Shown here piece after piece: positions 20,181 through 30,000 of a stretch of 64,000 nucleotides of DNA. Origin of the DNA: Eubacterium sp. CAG:252 (lineage in GTDB: Bacteria; Bacillota; Clostridia; Lachnospirales; Lachnospiraceae); NCBI GenBank assembly GCA_000436535.1, contig FR886343.1, positions 26,691 to 90,690 on the forward strand, given 5' to 3'. The position numbers and the translations under genes were made by a program. The notes beneath the pieces were generated by a model. It was not told where the DNA came from. It saw only the letters and a program-made list of their open reading frames with translations, and did no database searches. Within the stretch, counting starts at the first letter, position 1. Each line of letters opens with the position of its first letter.

Positions 20181-20888
20181 ATGAAAGATATTAAGAGAGT
20201 AATACTTAAGCTTAGTGGTGAAGCTTTATCAGGAGATAAGAAGTCGGGTTATGATGATGAGCTTATAATAGACATCGCAAGACAGGTAAGCCAGATTATA
20301 GATAAAGGAATTAATGTAGGTGTGGTTATAGGCGGCGGTAACTACTGGAGAGGCCGTTCTAATGACAATATCGACAGAACAAAGGCTGATCAGATAGGTA
20401 TGCTTGCAACTATTATGAACTGCATATATGTATCTGAGATATTCCGTTCACAGGGAATAAAAACTAATATACTTACACCTTTTGAGTGTGGAAGTATGAC
20501 AAAGCTTTTCTCTAAGGATAGAGCTAATAAGTACTTTGAGAAGGGAATGGTTGTATTCTTTGCAGGAGGAACAGGACATCCTTACTTTTCTACAGATACA
20601 GGAATTGTGCTAAGAGCTATAGAGCTTGATGCAGATGCTATCCTTTTAGCTAAGGCTATTGATGGTGTATATGATAGCGACCCTAAGCTTAACCCTGATG
20701 CCAAGAAGTATGACAAGATATCTATCACAGATGTAGTAGACAAGCATCTTGGAGTTATTGATATGACAGCTTCTGTTATGTGTATGGAGAATAAGATGCC
20801 ACTTATGGTATTTGGTCTTAATGAAAAGGACAGTATAGTTAATGCACTTTCAGGAAAGTTTAATGGAACTATTGTCACGGTTGAATAA
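20181..20888 (+). CDS. pyrH: UMP kinase
   Basis: KRVILKLSGEAL...GGGNYWRG...FAGGTGHPYFSTDT UMP-kinase motifs; the ATG at 20181 follows GAGGA. Confidence 0.95.
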   Translation: MKDIKRVILKLSGEALSGDKKSGYDDELIIDIARQVSQIIDKGINVGVVIGGGNYWRGRSNDNIDRTKADQIGMLATIMNCIYVSEIFRSQGIKTNILTPFECGSMTKLFSKDRANKYFEKGMVVFFAGGTGHPYFSTDTGIVLRAIELDADAILLAKAIDGVYDSDPKLNPDAKKYDKISITDVVDKHLGVIDMTASVMCMENKMPLMVFGLNEKDSIVNALSGKFNGTIVTVE

Positions 20889-21039
20889 TATATCTTATAA
20901 TATACCGGTCATAACTTAATAATTAGAGTTGATTATTACGCAATATTATTGTAATATGAGAAAGTAGCAGTTTATATAGTGAATCAGCGTTCTGCATGTT
21001 TGCAGAATTATAATAAGTTTAAGAAAGAGAGTATTGATA

Positions 21040-21591
21040 ATGAGCGATATCAGAGAATATGAAGAAAAGATGAAAAAGTCTGTAGAGGCTTTAAAGGAAG
21101 ATTATACAACAATCAGGGCAGGAAGAGCTAATCCACATATCTTAGATAAGATTAAGGTAGACTACTATGGTACACCTACATCACTTCAGCAGGTTGCCAA
21201 TATCTCAGTTCCAGAGGCACGTATGATTCAGATTCAGCCTTGGGAAACAAGCCTTATAAAGGATATTGAAAAGGCTATCCTTGTGTCAGACTTAGGACTT
21301 ACACCTAACAATGATGGTAAGGTTATAAGACTTATATTCCCTGAACTTACAGAGGAAAGACGTAAGGAGCTTGCAAAGGACGTAAAGAAGAAGGGTGACA
21401 ATGCCAAGGTTGCTATAAGAAATGTAAGACGTGATGCGAATGACGCAGTTAAGAAGGAAAATAAGGCTGGAGATATTTCAGATGATGAGGCTAAGAACTT
21501 AGAGGATGAAGTTCAGAAGCTCACAGATAAATATGTAGCTCAGATTGATAAAGCAATCGAAGAGAAGTCCGCAGAGATACTTACAGTATAA
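21040..21591 (+). CDS. frr: Ribosome recycling factor
   Basis: 183 aa with conserved RRF motifs (IRAGRANP...LTEERRKEL); the ATG at 21040 is preferred over the TTG at 21034. Confidence 0.95.
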   Translation: MSDIREYEEKMKKSVEALKEDYTTIRAGRANPHILDKIKVDYYGTPTSLQQVANISVPEARMIQIQPWETSLIKDIEKAILVSDLGLTPNNDGKVIRLIFPELTEERRKELAKDVKKKGDNAKVAIRNVRRDANDAVKKENKAGDISDDEAKNLEDEVQKLTDKYVAQIDKAIEEKSAEILTV

Positions 21592-21603
21592 AAATGAGTG
21601 GTA

Positions 21604-21638
21604 AAGGCTGTTGGTTAATGCAACAGCCTTTATTTTTA
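21604..21638 (+). terminator. Rho-independent terminator after frr
   Basis: AAGGCTGTTG-gttaatg-CAACAGCCTT, a 10-bp stem, followed by TATTTTTAC. Confidence 0.75.
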
Positions 21639-21700
21639 CAAAAAGTAGTCAGGATTAAACATTTGCTTTATGATATAAAAAGTGGAAAGTGGAGATATAT

Positions 21701-22435
21701 ATGGATAACTTTAATGAAGAATTAGGATTAAAGATACCTGCACATGTCGCTGTTATTCTTGATGGTAATGGACGCTGGGCCAAGAAAAGACATATGCCAC
21801 GTACTTATGGACATATGCAGGGCAGCAAAGTAGTAGAGGATATGTTATATGTAGCAGATGACCTTGGAATAAAGTACTTTACGGTATATGCATTTTCAAC
21901 AGAGAACTGGAAAAGGTCGATAGAGGAAGTAGGTACACTTATGAATATATTAAGAAAGTACCTTAAGGACTGTGTAAAGAAGTCTATGAAGAATAATGTA
22001 AAATGCCGTGTAATAGGAAGAAAAGAAGAACTCAGTGAGGATATAATAGAAAGTATCAATAATCTTGAGGAAAAGACTAAGAATAATACAGGTCTTAACT
22101 TTACCATAGCCATAAACTATGGTGGAAGAGATGAGATAGTAAGAGCTGTCAGAAAGATAGCAGATAAGGTTAAGGCAGGAGAGATAGAGACATCTGATAT
22201 AGATGAGGCTATGATAAGCGATAATCTTGACACAGCAGGAATACCTGACCCTGACCTTCTTATAAGAACAAGCGGAGAGCAGCGATTATCTAACTATCTG
22301 CCATGGCAGCTTGCTTATACAGAGTTTTACTTTACAGATGTGTACTGGCCTGACTTTAACAGGGAAGAGCTTATAAAGGCTTGTGAAAAGTACAACAAGA
22401 GAGAAAGAAGATATGGCGGAGTTAAGGAGGAGTAA
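21701..22435 (+). CDS. uppS: Undecaprenyl diphosphate synthase (cis-prenyltransferase)
   Basis: HVAVILDGNGRWAKKR...AFSTENWKR...YGGR motifs of UppS; the ATG at 21701 follows GGAG. Confidence 0.9.
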   Translation: MDNFNEELGLKIPAHVAVILDGNGRWAKKRHMPRTYGHMQGSKVVEDMLYVADDLGIKYFTVYAFSTENWKRSIEEVGTLMNILRKYLKDCVKKSMKNNVKCRVIGRKEELSEDIIESINNLEEKTKNNTGLNFTIAINYGGRDEIVRAVRKIADKVKAGEIETSDIDEAMISDNLDTAGIPDPDLLIRTSGEQRLSNYLPWQLAYTEFYFTDVYWPDFNREELIKACEKYNKRERRYGGVKEE

Positions 22436-22438
22436 GCT

Positions 22439-23251
22439 TTGTTAAAAAGAGTAATAAGTGGAATATGTCTTGTTGCCATAACTGCTCCTGCGCTTTACTT
22501 TGGTGGCTGGTTTTTATATGCACTGTGTCTTGTTATATCACTTGTCGGCAACTTTGAGCTTTTAAGGGTTGCAGGACTTGAGAAAAGTCCGCTTGGAATA
22601 TGCGCATATGTGGCTACAATAGCCTATTATATGACAATGCTCAGTCCAGACCACAGATACAGCATACTCGTGCTTGTGGCAGCATTTCTTGCGCAGATGT
22701 CGGTGTATGTATTCACATTTCCAAAGTATAAGGCGGAAAACGTTATGTGGTCATTCTTTGGCATAATATATGTGACTGTGATGCTTGCATATATATATGA
22801 AACAAGAACACTTGATAACGGAGTATATCTTGTATGGCTTATATTTGTTTCGTCATGGGGCAATGACACATTTGCATACTTTACGGGTGTGCTTATAGGA
22901 AAGCATAAGATGGCACCTGTATTATCACCTAAGAAGTCAGTTGAGGGTGCTGTCGGCGGAATAGCCGGAGCTACAATACTTGGTATAATATATGGAAGCA
23001 TAGTGAGTACAAGGATGTCAGAGGTTATAGGAAGTCCTGTGCTTACATTTGCAGTTGCAAGCTGTGTTGGGGCAATGCTAGCCATAGTGGGCGACCTTGC
23101 AGCCTCAGCTATCAAGAGAAATTATAACGTAAAGGACTATGGTAAGCTTATTCCGGGTCATGGTGGTATATTAGACAGGTTTGACAGCGTAATATTTACA
23201 GCACCTGTTGTATACTGGGCGATAGTTATTATCAATGGACTTGGAATGTAA
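22439..23251 (+). CDS. cdsA: Phosphatidate cytidylyltransferase
   Basis: Multi-TM protein with the CdsA signature SPKKSVEGAVGG...GHGGILDRFDS. TTG start 8 nt after GGAGGAG. Confidence 0.85.
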   Translation: MLKRVISGICLVAITAPALYFGGWFLYALCLVISLVGNFELLRVAGLEKSPLGICAYVATIAYYMTMLSPDHRYSILVLVAAFLAQMSVYVFTFPKYKAENVMWSFFGIIYVTVMLAYIYETRTLDNGVYLVWLIFVSSWGNDTFAYFTGVLIGKHKMAPVLSPKKSVEGAVGGIAGATILGIIYGSIVSTRMSEVIGSPVLTFAVASCVGAMLAIVGDLAASAIKRNYNVKDYGKLIPGHGGILDRFDSVIFTAPVVYWAIVIINGLGM

Positions 23252-23277
23252 GCAAAGTCAGAAAGGGGTTAGTTACG

Positions 23278-24420
23278 ATGAGAGGTATATCAGTACTGGG
23301 TTCAACAGGCTCTATAGGAACACAGACACTAGATGTTATAAGAAGAAATAATGATATAAAGGTTGTTGCACTTGCAGCAGGTACAAGGGTGGATGACCTT
23401 GAAAAGCAGGTAAGGGAGTTTAAGCCTGAGCTTGTGTGCATAGGAAGTGAAAAGCTTGCAGATGAGCTTAAGATTAAGCTTTCTGATGTTGATGTAAAGA
23501 TAGTATATGGCGATGAAGGTCTTGTTGAGGCAGCTACTATTGAGAGCGCAGATATAGTGCTTACAGCTGTTGTAGGTATGATGGGCATTGTTCCTACTAT
23601 AGAGGCAATAAAAGCACATAAGGATATTGCACTTGCCAACAAGGAGACACTTGTAACAGCGGGTCATATTATTATGAAGCTTGCAAAAGATAACGGAGTT
23701 AATATATATCCGGTTGACAGTGAGCATTCAGCCATATTCCAGTCACTTAACGGTGAATATAAAAGAGAGGTTGAAAGAATTCTGCTCACAGCTTCAGGCG
23801 GACCGTTCAGGGGTAAGAAGAGAGCTGACCTTGCCAATGTAACACTTGAGGATGCACTTAACCATCCTAACTGGGCTATGGGACGTAAGATAACTATAGA
23901 TTCTTCAACTATGGTAAACAAAGGACTTGAAGTTATGGAGGCACAGTGGCTTTTTGACGTGCCATCATCCAAGGTATGTGTGGTTGTCCAGCCACAGAGT
24001 ATAATACATTCCATGGTTGAGTTTGTGGATGGCGGTATTATGGCACAGCTTGGAAGTCCTGATATGAGACTTCCTATCCAGTATGCGCTTTATTATCCAC
24101 ACCGTAGAGAGCTTAACACTAAGAGAGTAGATTTCTTTGAGCTTGGACAGATAACATTTGAAAAGCCTGATATGGAAACCTTTAAGGGACTTAAGCTTGC
24201 TTATGAGGCTTCTGATAAGGGCGGTAATATACCAACAGCTTTTAACGCAGCCAATGAGCTGGCAGTTGCCAGGTTCTTAGACAGAAAGATAAAGTATCTT
24301 GATATACCAGATATTATAGAGTACGCTATGAATGAGGTAAGCTTTATTGATAACCCGTCAGTAGATGAGATTCTTGATACAGAGAAGAGTGTATATGAGA
24401 TGATCGGAGGAAAGTGGTAA
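23278..24420 (+). CDS. dxr: 1-deoxy-D-xylulose 5-phosphate reductoisomerase
   Basis: NADPH-binding GSTGSIGTQTLDV at the N-terminus and a conserved Dxr core (LANKE, NKGLEVMEA). Confidence 0.95.
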   Translation: MRGISVLGSTGSIGTQTLDVIRRNNDIKVVALAAGTRVDDLEKQVREFKPELVCIGSEKLADELKIKLSDVDVKIVYGDEGLVEAATIESADIVLTAVVGMMGIVPTIEAIKAHKDIALANKETLVTAGHIIMKLAKDNGVNIYPVDSEHSAIFQSLNGEYKREVERILLTASGGPFRGKKRADLANVTLEDALNHPNWAMGRKITIDSSTMVNKGLEVMEAQWLFDVPSSKVCVVVQPQSIIHSMVEFVDGGIMAQLGSPDMRLPIQYALYYPHRRELNTKRVDFFELGQITFEKPDMETFKGLKLAYEASDKGGNIPTAFNAANELAVARFLDRKIKYLDIPDIIEYAMNEVSFIDNPSVDEILDTEKSVYEMIGGKW

Positions 24421-24421
24421 A

Positions 24422-25858
24422 TTGGTTATAAATGTAATATTGGCGATTCTTGTACTCAGTATAATAATCATAATACATGAGTTCGGACACTTTATAGTTG
24501 CAAAGGCTAATGGAATAACGGTAGTCGAATTCTCATTAGGCTTTGGGCCTAAGCTTATACATTTTAAAAAGGGCGAAACAGAATACTGTTTAAAGCTGCT
24601 GCCTTTCGGTGGTGCGTGTATTATGCTTGGTGAAGATTTTCTTGAAGCCGATGAGGATGAAGATGAAGATACAACAGCGAATGAAGATAAGTCAGGCTAT
24701 GAAAATACTACAGACAATATAGATAAATCTTCATACGGTCAGACTGCCGGTGGTTATATGTCACAGAAAGCAAAGGATGAGGCGCTTGAACAGGGATATG
24801 ATATGTCAAAGTCATTTGCAAACAAGTCAGTGTGGTCAAGAATAGCTGTTATAGCGGCAGGTCCTCTGTTTAACTTTCTTCTTGCTTTCGTGTGTGCAGT
24901 TGTCATAGTTGGAAGCATAGGCTATGATCCTTGCAGGGTTGATGTGCTTTATGCTAACTCTCCAGCAGCAGAGGCAGGTCTTCAGGAGGGTGACGTAATA
25001 GTAAAGGTCAACAACCAGAAGGTTACATTTTACAGAGATTATTCTTTCTACAGATATTATCATGCTGACGAGCAGATGAATATAACATATATCAGGGATG
25101 GACAGAAGTATACAACAACACTTATGCCTGAGTATGTAAAGCAGGAAAAGTACCAGATAGGTATAACACTTGAACAGAATGGAACTATCGATGCAGTTGG
25201 TGATGGTACACCAGCGGCTGCTGCCGGCATAGAAAAGGGTGATAAGATAACAGCCATCAATGGTGTATCAGTAGATAACAGCACACAGATAAGCGAGCAG
25301 ATAAACAAGTGCAACGGACAGAGCATAGATGTTACAGTACAAAGAAATGGTGGCAATGTGACACTCTCAATGACACCTGATTATGTTGAGAATGAGTATT
25401 ACTATACAGGCTTAGCGTGCTATGGTGCAAGAGAAAAGGTATCTCCTGTAGGAACGCTTAAGTATGCAGTAAAAGAGGTTGGCTACAGTGTTAATACTGT
25501 TATAAAAAGCCTTGGCATGATGTTTACAGGAAAGGTTGGTATCAATGACCTTTCGGGTCCAGTCGGAACTGTAAGCATAATGAGTGATATTGTAGAAGAG
25601 AGTAAGGCAGATGGTGCATTTTATGTGTTCCTCAATCTTCTTAATCTTGCAGGGCTTATAAGCTCTAATCTTGGTGTTATGAATCTTCTTCCGATACCGG
25701 CACTTGACGGCGGAAGACTGGTATTTCTTGTGCTCGAGGTGTTAAGAGGAAAGCCTGTAAAGAAGGAACACGAAGGAATAGTGCATTTCGTAGGAATGAT
25801 ACTGCTTCTTATACTTATGGTTTATATTATGTTTAAGGATATAAGAGGCTTATTCTGA
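24422..25858 (+). CDS. rseP: RIP site-2 metalloprotease RseP/RasP, with an acidic insertion
   Basis: HEFGHF zinc motif in TM1, PDZ domain(s), and a C-terminal LDGG motif (ALDGGRLVF). TTG start after GGAGG. An acidic insertion of about 60 aa follows TM1. Confidence 0.9.
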   Translation: MVINVILAILVLSIIIIIHEFGHFIVAKANGITVVEFSLGFGPKLIHFKKGETEYCLKLLPFGGACIMLGEDFLEADEDEDEDTTANEDKSGYENTTDNIDKSSYGQTAGGYMSQKAKDEALEQGYDMSKSFANKSVWSRIAVIAAGPLFNFLLAFVCAVVIVGSIGYDPCRVDVLYANSPAAEAGLQEGDVIVKVNNQKVTFYRDYSFYRYYHADEQMNITYIRDGQKYTTTLMPEYVKQEKYQIGITLEQNGTIDAVGDGTPAAAAGIEKGDKITAINGVSVDNSTQISEQINKCNGQSIDVTVQRNGGNVTLSMTPDYVENEYYYTGLACYGAREKVSPVGTLKYAVKEVGYSVNTVIKSLGMMFTGKVGINDLSGPVGTVSIMSDIVEESKADGAFYVFLNLLNLAGLISSNLGVMNLLPIPALDGGRLVFLVLEVLRGKPVKKEHEGIVHFVGMILLLILMVYIMFKDIRGLF

Positions 25859-25962
25859 TAAGGATATTGGGATAACTTGTAATCTGATAATTATCCGGTA
25901 TCCGGCATATACAAGATATACTGTGATAAAGTGCGACAAGGGCAGCAGAAAAGGAGGTTTTT

Positions 25963-27018
25963 ATGTACAGGGATAATACAAAGATTATAAAGATAGGTGA
26001 TAAGCTTATTGGCGGTGGTAATCCGATTATGATTCAGTCGATGACTAATACACATACAGAGGATGTAAAGGCTACTGTAGAACAGATATTAAGGTTAGAA
26101 AAGGCAGGATGCGATATTATAAGATGTACAGTGCCAACTATAGAAGCTGCCAATGCGGTAAAAGAGATTAAAAAGCAGATTCATATTCCACTTGTTGCAG
26201 ATATACATTTTGACTATAAGATGGCTATTGCAGCTATGGAAAATGGTGCTGATAAGATAAGAATTAATCCCGGTAATATCGGTGGTACAGACAAGATTAA
26301 AGCTGTTGTTGATGTTGCAAAGTCAAGAAATATACCTATAAGAGTAGGCGTAAACAGTGGTTCTCTTGAAAAAGACCTTGTAGAAAAGTATAATGGTGTT
26401 ACAGCAGAGGGTCTTGTTGAGAGTGCTCTTGATAAGGTTAAGATTATCGAGGACTTAGGATATGATAATCTTGTTATAAGTATCAAGTCTTCTGATGTGA
26501 TGATGTGTGTAAAGGCGCATGAGCTTATAGCAAAGCAGACTGATTATCCGCTGCATGTGGGCATAACAGAGTCAGGAACTATATTCTCAGGAAGTATAAA
26601 GTCATCTATCGGACTTGGTCTTATACTTAATCAGGGCATCGGCGATACGATAAGAGTATCACTTACAGATGACCCGGTAAGAGAGGTCGAGGCTGCAAAG
26701 CTTATATTAAGAACGCTTGGTCTTAGAAAAGGCGGAATAGAGGTTGTATCGTGTCCTACCTGTGGAAGGACAAAGATTGACCTTATAGGTCTTGCATCTA
26801 AGGTTGAGGAGCTTGTTAAGAACTATGACCTTGACATAAAGCTTGCTGTTATGGGTTGTGTTGTCAATGGTCCCGGTGAAGCTAAGGAAGCCGACCTTGG
26901 AATAGCAGGCGGTGATGGCTGTGGAGTTCTTATAAAGCACGGAGAGATTATAAGAAAGTTTGACGAAGATAAGCTGTTATCAGTGTTAAAGGAAGAACTT
27001 GATAACTGGCAGGCATAA
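25963..27018 (+). CDS. ispG: 4-hydroxy-3-methylbut-2-enyl diphosphate synthase IspG
   Basis: 351 aa with the conserved GcpE TIM barrel and a C-terminal CPTCGR...GCVVNGPGE [4Fe-4S] motif. RBS AAGGAGG. Confidence 0.95.
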   Translation: MYRDNTKIIKIGDKLIGGGNPIMIQSMTNTHTEDVKATVEQILRLEKAGCDIIRCTVPTIEAANAVKEIKKQIHIPLVADIHFDYKMAIAAMENGADKIRINPGNIGGTDKIKAVVDVAKSRNIPIRVGVNSGSLEKDLVEKYNGVTAEGLVESALDKVKIIEDLGYDNLVISIKSSDVMMCVKAHELIAKQTDYPLHVGITESGTIFSGSIKSSIGLGLILNQGIGDTIRVSLTDDPVREVEAAKLILRTLGLRKGGIEVVSCPTCGRTKIDLIGLASKVEELVKNYDLDIKLAVMGCVVNGPGEAKEADLGIAGGDGCGVLIKHGEIIRKFDEDKLLSVLKEELDNWQA

Positions 27019-27033
27019 GAGGGAAGAGAGATT

Positions 27034-30000
27034 ATGTATAAGTTTTTGGATGTTTTCAGAACATTGAAGCTGCCAGATGATATAAGAGTATATATGGAAA
27101 ATGTGGAGGTCACGAAGGTTTCGAAGACCTCCACTAATTCTCTTGCGAGAGTATACATTAAGAATGATAAAGTTATAAGTAAAAAGATTATATATAAGGT
27201 CGAAGATGCTTTAAAAAAGCAGATATTCCGTATACAGAATATGGATGTCAGGATTATTGACCGGTACAGGCTGTCAGAACAGTACACTCCACAGACTATT
27301 ATGGATGTGTATTATGACAGTATACTTTTTGAGTTAGAGAAGTACTGGACACTTGAGTATAATCTTTTAAAAAATTCAACGTGGGAGTTTGAAAAGAGCG
27401 ACCTTTTGGTGCTTACACTTGAAGATGGATTCCTTGCAAGAACATATGCTGATAATCTGACAGACTACTTTAAGAAAATATATCTTAACAGATTTGGTTT
27501 TGAGATAGATGTTGAGTATAGGTATTCACATAAGACGGAGAGTCACTATGAAAGAGAAAATGCACATAAGTTAAACTTGCGTGTAAAACAGATAGAGGAA
27601 CAGCTTCAGGCGGCAACGCAGAATGGTGAGGGAGATGCGAAGACTGTGAGTGAGGCTGATAAGAATAAGAAGAGAGCTGAACAGAAGGCGAAAGCAGCAG
27701 CATTTTTCAGTGAGAGAGGTGCCAGCGGAAAAGACCTTACAAGATACAGAAAGCCGGCTAATCAGGATGTTCTGTACGGTCGTGACTTCAATGATGAGAT
27801 AACTGCTATAGACCAGTTAGAAACACCTGTTGGAGAGGTGGTTATCAATGGTATGGTTATGAGTGTTGAGCCAAGACAGATAAGAGATGAAAGAACTATC
27901 CTTTCAATAGCTGTTACGGACTTTACAGACAGTATTATAGTTAAAATGTTTATAAAGAATGAACAGCTTGAGGATATATATAGTTTTGTAAAGGAAGGCA
28001 ATTTCCTTAAGATAAAAGGAATTGCAGCTATGGATAAGTTTGACCAGGAGATTACAATATCAAATGTTTCTGGCATAAGAAAAGGAACCGATAACAGAAG
28101 TGTAAGGACTGACCTTGCACTCAATAAGCGTGTTGAGCTACACTGCCATACTAAGATGAGTGATATGGATGGTGTATCTTATGCAAGCGATATTATCAAT
28201 CAGGCGATTAAGTGGGGACACAAGGCAGTTGCCATAACAGACCACGGGGTTGTACAGGCATTTACAGAAGCCTACCATACTATGCAGAAGCTCTGGGGTA
28301 AGTATGAGGCAAAGGGGGAAAAGCTTGACTTTAAGGTTATATACGGTGTTGAAGCATATCTTGTGGATGACACTAAAAAGATAGTAACTAATCCAAAGGG
28401 ACAGGACTTTGCGGGTGATTTCGTGGTATTTGACCTTGAAACAACAGGTTTCTCGGCACTTGTGGATAAGGTGATTGAGATTGGAGCTGTAAAGATTAGA
28501 AATGGAGAGATAGTAGACCGTTTCTCAACATTTGTTAATCCTAAAGTTCCAATATCCTTCCGAATAGAAAATCTTACGGGAATAAGCGACCAGATGGTTA
28601 TGGGTTCTAAGACTATAGAGGAAATTCTGCCGGAATTCCTTGAGTTCTGTGAGGGCTGTGTTATGGTTGCGCACAATGCTGAGTTTGATATGAGTTTTAT
28701 TATCAATAATGCAGAAAGACAGGGGCTTGAATTCTCACCATCATATATTGATACAGTGCTTCTGTCGCAGTTTCTTATTCCTGCACTTCATAATTATAAG
28801 CTGGATACACTAACTAAGCATCTTAATGTAGTGCTAGATAACCACCACAGGGCGGTTGATGATGCAGAGGCGACAGCGCATATATTCCTAAAGCTTATCA
28901 AAATGCTTGCGGACAGGGACATATTCACGCTTGATAAGCTCAATGAGGAGGGGGCGCTCGATGAAGAATCTATAAAGAAGCTACACCAGTATCACTGTAT
29001 TATTCTGGCAGCCAATGAGATGGGGAGAATTAATCTTTACAGACTTGTGTCAGCATCACATATGAAGTACTTTAACAGATTTCCAAAGATTCCCAAAAGT
29101 CTTGTGAACCAGTACAGGGAAGGCCTTATCATAGGAAGTGCATGTGAGGCGGGTGAGCTGTTCCGCGCCATGGTAAATGGACGTTCTGATGCTGAAATTG
29201 CAAGAATAGTAAGTTTTTATGATTATCTTGAAGTCCAGCCTATAGGTAATAACAGGTTTATGATAGAAAAGGAAGATTACTATGTAAAGGATGAGGAAGA
29301 CTTAAGAGATCTTAACAGGAGAGTTATATCGCTTGGGGAGAAGTTTGACAAGCCTGTTGTGGCTACGTGCGATGTGCATTTCCTTAATCCTGAGGATGAG
29401 ATATACAGAAGGATTATTATGGCGGGCAAGGGCTTTGATGATGCCGACAGCCAGCCGCCGCTGTATCTTCACACGACTGATGAAATGCTTCATGAGTTCG
29501 ATTATCTTGGAAGTGATAAGGCATATGAGATAGTTGTGACTAACACAAATAAGATTATGGATATGTGTGAGGAGATTATTCCGGTACGTCCTGATAAAAG
29601 ACCTCCTGTCATCGAGAATTCAGACCAGATGTTAAGAACTATATGTCATAACAGGGCACATGAAATATATGGACCTGAGCTTCCGGAGATAGTTACGGAG
29701 CGTCTTGAAAGAGAGCTTAATTCAATTATATCAAATGGTTATTCCGTTATGTACATTATTGCACAGAAGCTTGTGTGGAAGTCCAATGATGATGGCTATC
29801 TGGTAGGTTCAAGAGGTTCGGTCGGTTCTTCATTTGCAGCTACTATGGCTGGTATTACTGAGGTCAATCCGCTGAGTCCGCATTATCTGTGTCCAGAGTG
29901 CTATTACGTTGACTTTTATTCAGATGATGTAAAGAAGTTTGCGGGTGGTGCAGGTTGTGATATGCCGGATAAGTTATGTCCTAAGTGCGGACATAAGCTT

